A stretch of DNA of 64,000 nt from Raja brachyura (Eukaryota), in the NCBI GenBank assembly GCA_963514005.1, contig OY740804.1, positions 2,294,001 through 2,358,000 on the forward strand. The letters are read 5' to 3'. Shown in pieces: positions 51,401 to 63,187 of the stretch. Numbering within the stretch: the stretch's first letter is position 1; the number at the start of each line of letters is the position of its first letter. Below the pieces are notes generated by a model. That model saw nothing but the letters and a program-made list of their open reading frames with translations. It was not told where the DNA came from and did no database searches. A program made the position numbers and the translations under genes.

Positions 51401-53205
51401 CTTCGCGTCCAGATTAAATCACCAACTACCAACATATGTTGCTTGGGAACCAGGCCCTGGGGCAGTAGCGATGGACGCTTTCACGCTACATTGGGGGGAT
51501 TTGTTCTGCTATGCATTCCCCCCTTTCTGCCTCATCAATCGGGTCTTGCAGAAAATAAAACAAGATTCCGCATCGGGTATTTTGGTGGTGCCCGACTGGC
51601 CTACCCAACCATGGTTCCCAGCGGTACAGAAGATGGCCACAGAACCTTGCATTCGGGTCAATAAACGACCTAGCCTGCTCATTCATCCTGTCACAGGAGA
51701 ACATCACCCATGTTATGACCGCATGGACCTGTTAATTTGCAGATTTTTAAACGGCCTCTTCGCGGATTCGGACTCACCAGCAGAACGATAGGCACCATCT
51801 CGGCGGCATGCAGGGAGTCCACCAGGAAGCAGTACCTCACCTACATCAAGAAATGGGAAGGATTCTGCGCTACTACCAACACTACATATGAATCCGCTAC
51901 CATTACAGAAGTGCTGGAATTCTTGGCTACCCTACACTTTGATGAGGGACTGAGCTACAGTGCCATAAACAGTGCCAGGAGTGCACTATCATCCTACTTG
52001 GGCCAGGGGAGTGACCAATTGGGAATTGGATCACATCCATTAGTGTCCAAACTAATGAGAGGAATATTCAATTCCAATCCCCCTAGGCCCAGATATAACC
52101 ATACGTGGGATATCAGCACAGTCCTAACAATGCTGCGAGGATGGACACCTAACACGGGACTCACTTTGGCAAAGCTCACATACAAAATGGTAATGATTAT
52201 GGCACTTATCACGGCACAACGGGTCCAGTCTCTGCACAAACTTAATCTGGATGCCATGACTATCACCAATGATAAAATCACTTTTCATGTGCAGGGACTG
52301 TTGAAACAAGATCGACCCAGACCGTCTGGTCATACCTTGGAATTTCTGGCATATCCAGCAGAAACTCGACTCTGCATCGTCACGTTAATTTCACAATATA
52401 TCACAGTCACCTAAAATCTCAGGGGCACGGAGACAGCTTTGCTTATGAGCCACAAGAAGCCCCATCATAAAGTCACGGTGCAAACCATTTCTAGATGGTT
52501 AAGGGTGGTTTTGGATGCGGCGGGGGTGGACACTAATATATTCAAATCTCACTCCACCAGGGCGGCATCCACTTCGGCTAGGAGGATGGAAGTACCATTG
52601 GACCACATCCTGGCCACAGCGGGTTGGAGTAATGAAAGGACTTTTCACCGTTTCTACAACAAACCCGTGGCCTCCCCTGACACTTATGCAGGGAGGATTT
52701 TGAGTACTGTCAAATAATTTACCCCTATGGGATATTTATTTTGTTTTGGTATGAATAAATACCTTATTTTGTTTTTCAGCCAGTGTCATGTCTGAATTAC
52801 GTTCATCCTCTCATCCCAGCATAGCGGTGTGTGAGCATGGAGCTTCCAGGGCATGAAATCACAGAGCTTTGAAATCTTCACGTAGTCACTCACGTGACTA
52901 CCGAAATAAAATAGTAAGATTAAACGAGAACTTACCAGTTTGAAGTTTGATCTTTATTTTATGAGGAGTTACGATGAGGGATTACGTGCCCTCTGCTCCC
53001 AACCCTCTACTATAAAGATCACCTGGTATGAAAGTTCTCTCTTATCTTACTATATTAGTCATTGTGACTGTCTGTGATTTCACACCACTGCTTTGAAGAA
53101 TGTCGCGCATGCGTGCTGGCGGGGTCTTCACGTAATCCCTCATCGTAACTCCTCATAAAATAAAGATCAAACTTCAAACTGGTAAGTTCTTGTTTAATCT
53201 TACTA
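48420..53205 (+). mobile_element. DIRS1-type retrotransposon A (full length, inactivated)
   Basis: Inverted termini and internal complementary region (~52876-52989). gag 48604-49813 (frameshift ~49222); RT/RNase H/methyltransferase-like 49816-51791 (YLDD, TDAS, DLFAS, YAFPPF; frameshift ~50745); YR 51737-52717 (in-frame stop at 52412). Confidence 0.93.
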
Positions 53206-55658
53206 TTAATGTGCAGTCTGCAAGCATCTCTTTGGAGAAGATTTGGGCAAGTAAAATTCAAGGCTGCGATGGGTGTGATAAGACACCCTTTGTGGGTAAG
53301 ACTCCCGGCTACCGGCGTGCATATCAGCACTGCCAAGCTAGCGGCACATACTGCTACACTGAGGCTGTTTGGAGCACCAGACATACACAATTAAAACCAA
53401 GCCAGAGGCCTTTTTCATGCTCAGGTTCACAGCGCTCACCGTGGAGGCAGCACACTCCACATACTCAGTATCGTTCCCCAGCAGGCCACGATACCAGAGC
53501 CAAAGGGACAGAGCAAAATCTAGGGTCAGTTGACTCTATTGATCAACCTCCTAAGGCCAATTTGGTGTTGTCAGTCTCAGGGTTTGCTGGACTGGTTCGT
53601 GTTGGCTGCTGGTGATAATCACCTCTTGCCTATTATTTTATTGGCAGCCTTGGTGGTTTTTATAGCAAGTTATTTCTTAGAAACTGCCTTGATCACTCCT
53701 AAAGCCGCCGTCTGTCTCGTCATGGACAGCAAAGCGACCAAGAGGTGGAGGCCGTTGAGGTATGCAAATATTATTCCATCAGTCGCATGAGATGTGCTGA
53801 CGATATTCAATTTCATTTCGGAGTCACTTGAGTGACTTCGTGAAGAGCCCGCCGGCGCGCATGCTCGCCATATCGTCGTATCGCGTTGCTGCGACGGCTG
53901 GCGGTGGAGCGCGCTCCTCGCCAGCCCTTCATAAGGGAACCACTGAGGTAAGTACTCTACCTTAAGTTGGTGGTTCTTGTTGCGTTTTGTTTTCGCAGCA
54001 AGGACATGGATGGGAGCTTTAAAGGCCGGAGAACGTCTGGACGAGGTCGCCGGTCAACAGTCTCGGAGCCAGTGATATCGGCAGTACCTGCAGCGCAGGC
54101 TGGGACAGGGGCGGAATTGTCGGTGAGTCCTGTGTTTACAGGTCCGGATCCGCCAGCACACCACAGCTCGGAGGAGTTCTACGAGGAGGAGTGTGGTGTG
54201 CCGCCAGAGCAGGAGGACCCTGCCATGGCAGTCAGGTCGTCAGCAGGCTTGCTGACGGCCTCGAGCAGAAGGGTGCGTGTGGCTGCACGACCCTTTTCAC
54301 CCAGCCCTCCGAGGAGGGGAAGGGCAGGAGCCCGAAAGTCTAACCCTGTTGGGGCTAAGGCTTCACCTGCCGCCGAGGAGCGGTCAGGTTCTAGGACGGG
54401 ACCCGGGGCGGCTGTGAGGTCCAGTCGACGCCCCCCAACTCTCGACGCCGGGACGGGTCGGTTGAGTCGGGTCTCGTCACGGTCGCCGAGCCCCCCATGG
54501 ATGGGTGGGCGAGACCATGCGTCGGCGAGGTCCACGACGTGGGCTGCCGGCAAGCCTGCGCAGCTATCAGGTATCCAGGCTGCGGCTGGTGCCGACATCA
54601 CGCCGCAAGTGTCCTTAGTGGCAGCGGCGTCCGCTCCCGCTAAACGGAGGCGGTTGAACACGCCCACGCAGGAATCGCGCAGTTTCGCTTTGGCAGCTGC
54701 TAGCGACGACTACCGGCATCGGGTGGGCCTCGATGAGGTGCGGGCCGATGATAGGGGCCCCGGCCATTTTTCAGAGCCGGAGGACTCCGACCACCTGAGT
54801 GTTCAGGGTGAAGGGCGTATTGACTGGATGGAGCGGCTGCTGGAGCTCCTGCTTCATGGTCAACAGCAGCAAGCGTCCAGCAGCGACAGGCACAGGGCTG
54901 TTTCACCAACTTCTACCATCAGCCTGGAGCAGCAGGAAGAGGAGGTATTGGTCGACCCCATCCCACCTCCGTCCGATTTACCAGCGGAGGGCCTTCTCGA
55001 TGTGGCCACTAAGTTCGCGGCCCCACACTCATCTGGGCTTCCCCTGAACTCAAAATTGGCAGCCACAGTGGACTTCCTCAACAACCATCAGTTACAGGAG
55101 GAGGTTCTCATGCACGCCATGAGCCGTCACAAGGCTCCAGCCAACTGCAACTCCCTCAACGTGCCTGTGGTCAATACGCCGATATGGGGCAATCCGTCAA
55201 CAGGAGCTGAAAATTCAGCGGATCCTGAAGCTCCTCACGGCCGGAATTACCGCCTTTGTGCGGTCGGTTGATGGGGATGAGTTAAACTTGGACCAGGAGG
55301 ATGCTCTCGCTCTGCTGTGTGCAACTCAGCATGAAATAAATGGGTTTCGCAAAAACAGCATCCGCCCGGCGCTCAACCCTAAGTTTGCAGGGTTGTGCAA
55401 ACCACCGCCGCCGCCGCCGCCCCGTCAGCTCTTTGGCGAAGATCTCTCTAAGAGGGTCAAAGAGCTTGACGAACAAGCCAAAATGGTGGGACTCATGCGC
55501 CCTCACAGCGCCCCCACGCCGTCGGGCTCGAAAGCTCCGCTTGTTCGACCACGAGGATCTGCCAGCACCTCTACAAGGACCTACCCTCCAGCTCCACCTC
55601 GTTACCAACCACCCCAGCACCAGGGGGCTTTTTTAGGACAAGGTCGACAGAAACCCTG

Positions 55659-57659
55659 GTGGAAGATGAGGACGCCACGCCCTCAAGCCAACCCAGCACC
55701 TCCACGTCCACCCACACGTGTCAAGGACCGCCGGTAACCGCGGAGGTGAGGCGGTCTGGTTCTCTTTTTTCTCTGTGTTTAACCTCACATGTTGGTGGGC
55801 GCCTTCGGTTCTTTTTGGGTGCATGGGGTGATATTACTGGTGATGAGTATGTGTTACGAAATGTTCAGGGTCACAGCATTGAGTTTCTTAATGGGGACAT
55901 TCCTCCATCCCAGCACAGGCCTGGTCGTACATTTAAATTGTCTGCTGCAGAACAGGCAGCAGGCTATAAGGAAATTTTGAGGCTAGAGCAGAAGGGAGTG
56001 ATAGAGAAAACGGTTCATGAGCCCGTGGAATTTGTTTCCAATATATTCACTCGACCTAAGAAGGATGGAGGCTGTCGGGTCATTATTGATCTGACTAGTT
56101 TAAATACTTTTGTAACATATACTCATTTCAAAATGGACACTTTTGAAACAGCCAAATCATTGATTTCACATGGTTGCTTTATGGCATGCATTGATTTACA
56201 AGATGCGTACTATACTGTATCCATTCATAAATATTATAGGAGGTTTCTGAAATTTATCTGGATGGGTCAACTTTGGCAATATAGGGCTTTGCCCAATGGG
56301 CTTACCACAGCCCCTCGATTATTCACTAAATTGGTGAAGCCAATTATGGCTTATTTACGACAACGACATCATATAGTAATGGCCTATTTAGATGATATCT
56401 TAATTGTGGGCCACACCCTGGAATTGGCTCAACAGGGTGTTGCAGCTGCAGTCAATTTATTTCAGCAGCTGGGGTTCATTGTCCATCCAGCCAAATCAAA
56501 GTTCTGCCCTTCCCAGGTAATTGATTATCTGGGGTTTACGGTGGACTCTATTCGCATGAGGGTCACCATACCACCTAATAAGGTTGAGGAGGTCACCCAG
56601 GTGTGTCAAGGTTTAATCACCACTGGTATACCATCGATTCGTCATACAGCTACAGTAATTGGCAAACTTGTAGCATTGTTTCCGGCAGCCCGATATGGGC
56701 CTTTGCATTATCAGAATTTGCAAAGGGCCAAGATCGCTGCGTTAAGACAGCACACTGGTCATTATGATCGACCAATGCAGCTGCCGCCTGGAGCGACGGA
56801 TGAGTTACGATGGTGGGTGCGCCACATTAGTAACTTGTTTAAGCCTATCATTGAGGCTAATCCGGTGGTATACTTGCAAACTGATGCGAGCTCTTATGGC
56901 TGGGGAGCTACGGATCATTCCTCTAGTTGCGGGGGCAGATGGGATACCCTTGAGGCTACTATGTTGTTGTCACAAGGGATCAACTATTTGGAGCTACTTG
57001 CAGCATTCCACGGACTTCGTGCTTATTGTTCCAAGGTTTTTGGGGCACATGTCCGTCTCCAAATAGACAACACCACAGCGGTGGCATATTTAAACCATAT
57101 GGGCGGTACCAGGTCAGTTTCATGTGATAAATTGGCTAACTCAATTTGGCTCTGGTGTGTTCAGAGAGACATTTGGATTTCAGCTACCTATTTGCTTAAT
57201 ACTGTGGCGGACGCCAGGTCACGCAAGTTCAATGACAATATTGAATGGATGTTGCATCCTGAAATTTTTACCAAAATCACAGCCAAATTTGGGAAACCGG
57301 ATATTGACCTTTTTGCGTCCCGGTTGAACCATCAGGTACCAACCTACGTTTCGTGGGAACCAGATCCTGGGGCTATGGCGCTAGATGCATTCTCGCTGGA
57401 CTGGGGGAATTGGTTTTTCTATGCATTCCCCCCGTTTTGCCTCATCAGTCGGGTATTACGAAAGATTCAGATGGATGCAGCTAAGGGCATCCTTATTATA
57501 CCCGACTGGCCTACACAGCCGTGGTATCCGGTGGTCTTTGACATGCTCAGTGAGCCTTGGGTCCTTTTAAAGGGTTGCCCAGAATTAGTTACTCACCCTG
57601 TCTCAGGGGAGCCACATCCCTGCCATGGCTATTTAAATTTGTTGGCTTGCAGGTTTTGA
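55659..57659 (+). CDS. DIRS reverse transcriptase / RNase H / methyltransferase-like ORF
   Basis: IDLQDAY, LPNGL, YLDD, YLG, QTDAS, INYLEL, DNTTA, DLFAS, YAFPPF. Small in-frame deletion (ATYL-LNTVAD) relative to element A. Confidence 0.88.
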   Translation: MEDEDATPSSQPSTSTSTHTCQGPPVTAEVRRSGSLFSLCLTSHVGGRLRFFLGAWGDITGDEYVLRNVQGHSIEFLNGDIPPSQHRPGRTFKLSAAEQAAGYKEILRLEQKGVIEKTVHEPVEFVSNIFTRPKKDGGCRVIIDLTSLNTFVTYTHFKMDTFETAKSLISHGCFMACIDLQDAYYTVSIHKYYRRFLKFIWMGQLWQYRALPNGLTTAPRLFTKLVKPIMAYLRQRHHIVMAYLDDILIVGHTLELAQQGVAAAVNLFQQLGFIVHPAKSKFCPSQVIDYLGFTVDSIRMRVTIPPNKVEEVTQVCQGLITTGIPSIRHTATVIGKLVALFPAARYGPLHYQNLQRAKIAALRQHTGHYDRPMQLPPGATDELRWWVRHISNLFKPIIEANPVVYLQTDASSYGWGATDHSSSCGGRWDTLEATMLLSQGINYLELLAAFHGLRAYCSKVFGAHVRLQIDNTTAVAYLNHMGGTRSVSCDKLANSIWLWCVQRDIWISATYLLNTVADARSRKFNDNIEWMLHPEIFTKITAKFGKPDIDLFASRLNHQVPTYVSWEPDPGAMALDAFSLDWGNWFFYAFPPFCLISRVLRKIQMDAAKGILIIPDWPTQPWYPVVFDMLSEPWVLLKGCPELVTHPVSGEPHPCHGYLNLLACRF

Positions 57660-58636
57660 ACAGGCCGTTAGCCCAATACGGCCTCTCAACTCGGACCATG
57701 GATACCATTGCGGCGTCGTGCCGAGAGTCAACAAGGCGAAGATACCGCTCACATATCAAGAAGTGGGAAGCCTTCTGCAGCCGCTCTCGCATCACGTACG
57801 ATGCCGTGACTATAACCGACGTCCTGGAATTCCTCGCGGGGTTGCACCATGATGAACACTTAAGTTACAGTGCCATCAACAGCGCCAGGAGCGCGCTGTC
57901 ATTCTACCTCAAGATTGAGGTGGGATCCAACAGGCTAGTGTCCAGGCTCATGCGGGGTATATTCAATATGAATCCGCCTACACCACGCTACTATATCACC
58001 TGGGATGTCAGGGACGTTTTAACCCTGCTCAGGACGTGGTCCCCCATGGAAGGGCTCCAGCTGGACAAACTCACCATGAAGCTGGTGATGTTACTAGCGC
58101 TGACTTCAGCACAGAGGGTACAGACACTCCATAAACTACGTGTCGACAGAATGATGTCTACCCCTACAGAAGTAGTCTTCTTCGTTGATGAGCTACTAAA
58201 GCAGCATAGACCTGGGTGCACAGGGCTGCAGCTGAAGTTCCCGGCATACCCCGCAGATGCTAGGCTGTGTTTAGCCTCCCATATCCGTCACTACGTCAAG
58301 GTGACGGCATGCATCAGAGGAATGGAGAGATACCTGCTTGTCACTCATAAGAGACCTCATCATCGAGTGACAGTCCAGACGATATCCAGGTGGCTCCGGG
58401 TCATCTTGGGTAAGTCAGGTATCGACACTAATGTGTTCAAGTCTCATTCCACCAGGGCTGCATCGACGTCGGCGGCGAGGGTCATGGAGGTGCCCATGGA
58501 CCATATTCTCGCCACAGCAGGATGGGCTAATGAAGCTGTGTTTCAGCGATTTTATAACAAGCCTGTTGCTGCTCCTCTACAGTTCGCGGAAGCCGTGCTG
58601 AATGCAGGTCGAGAACGTGGAGGTGTCCCCGCATGA
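57557..58636 (+). CDS. DIRS tyrosine recombinase
   Basis: Catalytic-type residues AQRV, HSTR, AGW, RFYNK; overlaps the end of the RT ORF. True start uncertain. Confidence 0.88.
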   Translation: MGPFKGLPRISYSPCLRGATSLPWLFKFVGLQVLNRPLAQYGLSTRTMDTIAASCRESTRRRYRSHIKKWEAFCSRSRITYDAVTITDVLEFLAGLHHDEHLSYSAINSARSALSFYLKIEVGSNRLVSRLMRGIFNMNPPTPRYYITWDVRDVLTLLRTWSPMEGLQLDKLTMKLVMLLALTSAQRVQTLHKLRVDRMMSTPTEVVFFVDELLKQHRPGCTGLQLKFPAYPADARLCLASHIRHYVKVTACIRGMERYLLVTHKRPHHRVTVQTISRWLRVILGKSGIDTNVFKSHSTRAASTSAARVMEVPMDHILATAGWANEAVFQRFYNKPVAAPLQFAEAVLNAGRERGGVPA

Positions 58637-59754
58637 GGGGTTTTTGATTTGTTGTTAATAAATATGCTCTTGTTTTACAGTATGAACTATTTGAGCAAGT
58701 TTGTTCCTCCCATCCATCCCTGCTAGTGGTGTGACAGCATGGACGTGGTCCAGGGCGTGTAATCACAGAAGCTTTGAAGTCTTCACGAAGTCACTCACGT
58801 GACTCCGAAATGAAATAGTAAGATTGAACGAGAACTTACCAGTTCGAAGGTTGATCGTTATTTCATGAGGAGTCGCGGTGAGGGATTTCGTGCCCTCCAC
58901 GCCCAACCCTCAATCACCTTCACCTGGTAATTTGAGTCTCTTTCATCTTACTATGCCAAGTCATTTCTGTTACTGGTTTCTGTGATTCCACGCTGCTACT
59001 TTGAAGAATGTCGAGCATGCGCGCCGGCGGGCTCTTCACGAAATCCCTCACCGCGACTCCTCATGAAATAACGATCAACCTTCGAACTGGTAAGTTCTCG
59101 TTCAATCTTACTAGTCTGAGGTAGATTGTGACTGTTCAAAAACAGGTGGGGACGGATAACCTCTGATCCTTTTAGCTTACTAATCACATAAGGTTGTAAG
59201 ATTGTGTTTCTAGCTGAATAATTTTCTCCGCAGCAAGTAAAGCCAAGACTCCCGTACATACGGTCTAAAGAGGAAATTATGGCTATCCAAGTTGAAATCG
59301 AGAAACTACACAAAAAGGGTATGATTGAGCAGTCTGCCCATGAACAAGAGGGGTATATTTCTAATATATTCTCCAGGTTGAAGAAAATTGGAGCATTCTA
59401 GGATTTAGCTAGTCTGAACACGTGCTTGGAATATACCCATTTCAAGATGGATATTTTTCATTCAGCAAAAAAGCTGATTACAGAGGATTGCTTTATGGCT
59501 TCAATTGATCTTGAAGATGCATACTATTCAGTACCAATACATGAGAGCCACGTGATATATCTGAAGTTTATCTGGCAAGGCCAGTTGTGGCAATTTTAGG
59601 CTCTACCTAAGGGGTTGAGTTCAGCAACAAAGTTAGCTGTTTCAGCAACAAAGGCACTCCTAGAATATCTAGGGTTTGTTATTCATCAAGGAAAGTCCAT
59701 ACTAGAGCCGACAAAATCTATTACCTATCTAGGTTTTGTCATAAACTCTGCAGA

Positions 59755-60372
59755 TATTCGCGGCCTACCACTGGATCAGAGCGGCCTTTCATACCTTGGA
59801 CCGGGGACCGGACCAGCGCTTCGGCAGCGGCGGCGCGGCGCTGGATTCACTGCGGAGCGGGCGATGCCTTCCTGGATCGCCGTTTGGACCTGCTGCTCCA
59901 ACATCGCAGGGCTGTGGTTCGCGGAGCTCCCAACGCGGGCGGCGCTGACCAACATCGCGGAGTCCTGGGGCCCTTTGCCAAGGGCCGCCAGCATGAATCT
60001 CCGGCCGGCACAGCCTGGGGACGTCAGGAGCTGCGGACACCGGTGGGAAGTGGCCGATTTGGAGGTCCAAGCCGCTGAGCCGCCAAGTATAGTCCCGACG
60101 TCGGAGAGCCAACATCCTGAGCAGCGGGCTGCCCGTAGCGGCAACTGCAGAGGGCTCCGGAGGCCCCGACCACGGGTGAACATCGAGGAAGAGACTGACT
60201 TTGGTGCCTTCCCTCACAGTGGGAAGCTTTGATTCTGCTGTGTGGGGATGTTTTATGTTGAACTCTATCGTGTGTTGTGTTCTTTATTTTATTGTATGGC
60301 TGTATGGTGATCACATTTCACTGTACCAACTGGCACATGTGACAAATAAATGTATCGTGTATCTTGTATCTT
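59755..60372 (+). mobile_element. GC-rich non-autonomous retroelement (family also at ~42385-43100 -, 60590-61185 +, 7520-8225 +)
   Basis: CpG-rich body followed by a shared CACAGTG..(C)TGTG stem region, AATAAA and short tandem tails. 42480-42930 is a reverse-complement homologue. Confidence 0.6.
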
Positions 60373-63070
60373 GAGATATGTCTGTGACCCTATCCACAGA
60401 TAAGAAACAGAATATTGTAGAGGCATGCACAGGGTGGTCAGGAGATGCCAGCAAAGACAATTCAAGACAATGCAACATGAATTATAGTAGTGCCAAATTG
60501 GTCTATTCAACCATTGTAAATAGGTCTGCTGGAAGAAGCTCCTATTAACTCACAGACACGAACAGTGGTTAGTTCAACCAAACACGCGTGCATCAGCAAC
60601 GGCAGCGGCGACCCGACTTGGCCCTGGAGCTGCGGTGGCAGCGGCAGTGGCGACCCGACTCGGCCTCTGAGCTGTGGCGGCGGTGGCAGCAGCAGCGGCC
60701 CGACCTCGGAGGCTCGGCCGCGGGTAGGGTGGACTTGGCCGCGGGCCCAGTGGACGACATCATCGGGAGCTCGCAGGTCACAGATTGGTGACCTGTTTTT
60801 CCGGAGCTCCCGCAACGACAGCTTCGTTCACTGGTCTGGAGGGCGGCAGCTTCGGCAGCTTCGACCGCCCCGGGCCGCGGAGTTTGAACTGGCCCGTTCG
60901 CGGAGCGCGGTTGAGCCGCGGGACTTACCACCACCCGTTGGGGTCACAACATCTGAAGCCTGGATCGCCTCGGCAGAGGGAGAACGAAGACGGAAGAGAC
61001 AGAGACTTTAAGACTTTGCCTTCCATTACAGTGAGGAGGTGTTTGGTGAACTCACTGTGGTGGATGTTAAATCTGTGTTTATTGTGTGTTTTTGTCATTT
61101 TTTATTATATGTATGTGCAAGGCAACGAAATTTTGTTCAAACCGAAAGGTCTGAATGACAAAAATAAAATACAATTCAATTCAATATTAACACTGCTTGC
61201 AGTGCTTTATCATCGTACCTAGTGCTTGCGGTGGGACAACAAGCTATTGGCACTCATCCATTGGTGTCAAAGTTCATGAAGGGTGTCTTCAATATGAACC
61301 CTCCAAGGCCTAGATATAATGAAGTGTGGAATGTGAAAGTAGTTTTGAGTTTGCTTCGCAATCTGGCACTAGTTGCATCGCTGACGTTGGAACTGCTCAC
61401 TCTTAAATTAGTGATGCTTATGCCACTTATTTCAGTGCAAAGAGCTCAGTCTTTGCACAAACTCCATCTGGATAACTCTGCTGTAACTGACAAGAAAGTG
61501 GTATTTTATGTGGATGATCTGATAAAGCAGAGCAGGCCAGGCGTGGTGGGGTACAAGTTAGATCTGGCAGAATACCCACCGGATCGGAGATTGTGTGTTT
61601 GTATTTATGTGATAAAATACATTGAGGTTACTAAAAACATTCGAGATGAGGAAAAAGCTTTCTTCATAAGTTATAAAACGCCGCACAAGAGAGTGTCGGT
61701 GCAGAGTATTTCAAGATGGATAAAGTGTACGCTGTTGGAAGCTGGAGTGAATTCTGATATTTTCAAGTCTCACTCTACCAGGGCTGCAGCCACGTCGGCA
61801 ACAAATAGAATGGAGGTTCCTCTTGAACACATTCTTGCAACAGCAGAATGGTCAGATGAACGCATGTTTTGGAAGTTTTATAATAAACTTTTTGTCATAA
61901 AGATCATTCGGTAAATCAAGGGTTATTAATCTTTCTATAGTTTAGTTTAGTACAAGTGGTCTGTGGTTTCATACAGTTGCTTTGCAGATTAACGCACATG
62001 CGGGCTGGCGGGTTCTTCACGTAGTCTCTCCAACTTCTCATAAAATAAAGATCAAACTTCAAACGGTAAGTTCTCGTTTAATCTTTCCATTAATCCTATA
62101 ATTCAGATGAAATAGGATGTCATTGAATGAGCTTCATATGTTTTAAGAGGTAGTGTCTCTTTAAGTTGCAGTTGTGTGGTGGTGGAGCCACATGCAGTTA
62201 TTTTCTGTTCCTTTGTTCTGGAAATGCATTAGCTATCTATGTGGAAAGTAACTGTTTATTCTCTGTCTTCTCAACTTTTAACAGTTAGAGATGCAAATAT
62301 GCAGTTTTATCAGTGTTTTAAGTTTTTTTTTCTATTTCTTACCTTTTGAATTGAGTTGAGGATACCTTGCGTTTGTCCTAGTGTCTGACCTTTCAGCTAA
62401 GGAAATGTGCAGACACTCAAGGTCAGAAGCAAACTGTTTCAATCTGCAAAGATAATAATGCACCTTCCTTGAGCATAACCAGATATGGACAATAGCTTTT
62501 CTGAAATCGGAAGAAACTATAGGGCTTTAATATTGCCATATATGGACATGGCGGGACTGTGCGAGAATGTTCTATAAGATAAAGAATTGCTGAATTGCTG
62601 ACTGATTTGGGTATAAGTATCCGCATGTGCTGTGCATCTTTGTATATACTATCATACTCAGAGTTTCCTCCCACACCAGCTTGGCGAAATAAAGACGTTA
62701 CTGCTTATTACTAACTTTATTGTGTGGTTGTAAAATTATGAGAGCCAGATAGGGTCGACAGTCAGTACCAATTTCCCATGGTGGAAATGCCAAAGACTAG
62801 AGGGCATCGCTTTAGGATGAGACAGGCAACAGGGGCACAGAGGGTGGAGGGTGCCTGGAACCCGCTGCTGTGGGTGGTGGAGGTAGATACAATAGTTACA
62901 ATAGAGGCTTTCTCTAAAACATCTCATGGATACGCAGATAATAGAAGATTATGGATCACATGCAGGCAGAGGAGATTAGCTTAACTTGGCATCATGTTCA
63001 GCATGGACATTGTGGGCCGAAGGGCCTGTTCCTGTGCTGTGCTGTGCTGTTCCATGTTCTATGTTACATA

Positions 63071-63160
63071 GTCTTCTCAATCATATCTTGAGAAGAACAT
63101 TTTCCAGAGGTGCCCTGGTACCACCAGTGTGACATTCATTATATCTGCTGCAGTCAATGA
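63071..63160 (+). pseudogene. Frameshifted CBM14 remnant, copy 3 (inverted)
   Basis: Reverse-complement match to 11398-11487; ends DIHYICCSQ*. Confidence 0.55.
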
Positions 63161-63187
63161 GTGTGTTGTGAAAACAGCCAGAGGAGA

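Larger units (their letters stand above)
53811..59113 (+). mobile_element. DIRS1-type retrotransposon B (full length)
   Basis: ITRs plus ICR (~58780-58890). gag ~54007-55737 with a frameshifting deletion at ~55195; open RT-RH-MT and YR ORFs. Confidence 0.93.
46400..62090 (+). mobile_element. Old DIRS1-type retrotransposon split by nested insertions
   Basis: Left ITR GTGAAGAACCCGCCAGCCC (~46419) is complementary to ~62000-62020. gag remnants at 48100-48419 and 53206-53280, RT remnant at 59200-59750, tyrosine recombinase remnant at 61222-61914 (HSTRAA). Confidence 0.75.
42223..62730 (+). mobile_element. Decayed endogenous retrovirus (gamma/epsilon-like) hosting nested insertions
   Basis: Direct repeats 42223-42373 and 62415-62564 (LTR remnants; AATAAA at ~62688). 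gag fragments with PPPY late domain (43391-43621) and MHR-like ESAHDFWKR; RT/RNase H fragments (LGLVNFCRQ, IIKCNAHT..GNALAD); integrase start (HSLTHAG) ending ~45270. Ends approximate. Confidence 0.65.

Noticed and set aside
57230-57560. Bacterial-type DNA adenine methyltransferase motifs as horizontal transfer
   Set aside because: A methyltransferase-like domain after RNase H is a known part of DIRS1-type elements.
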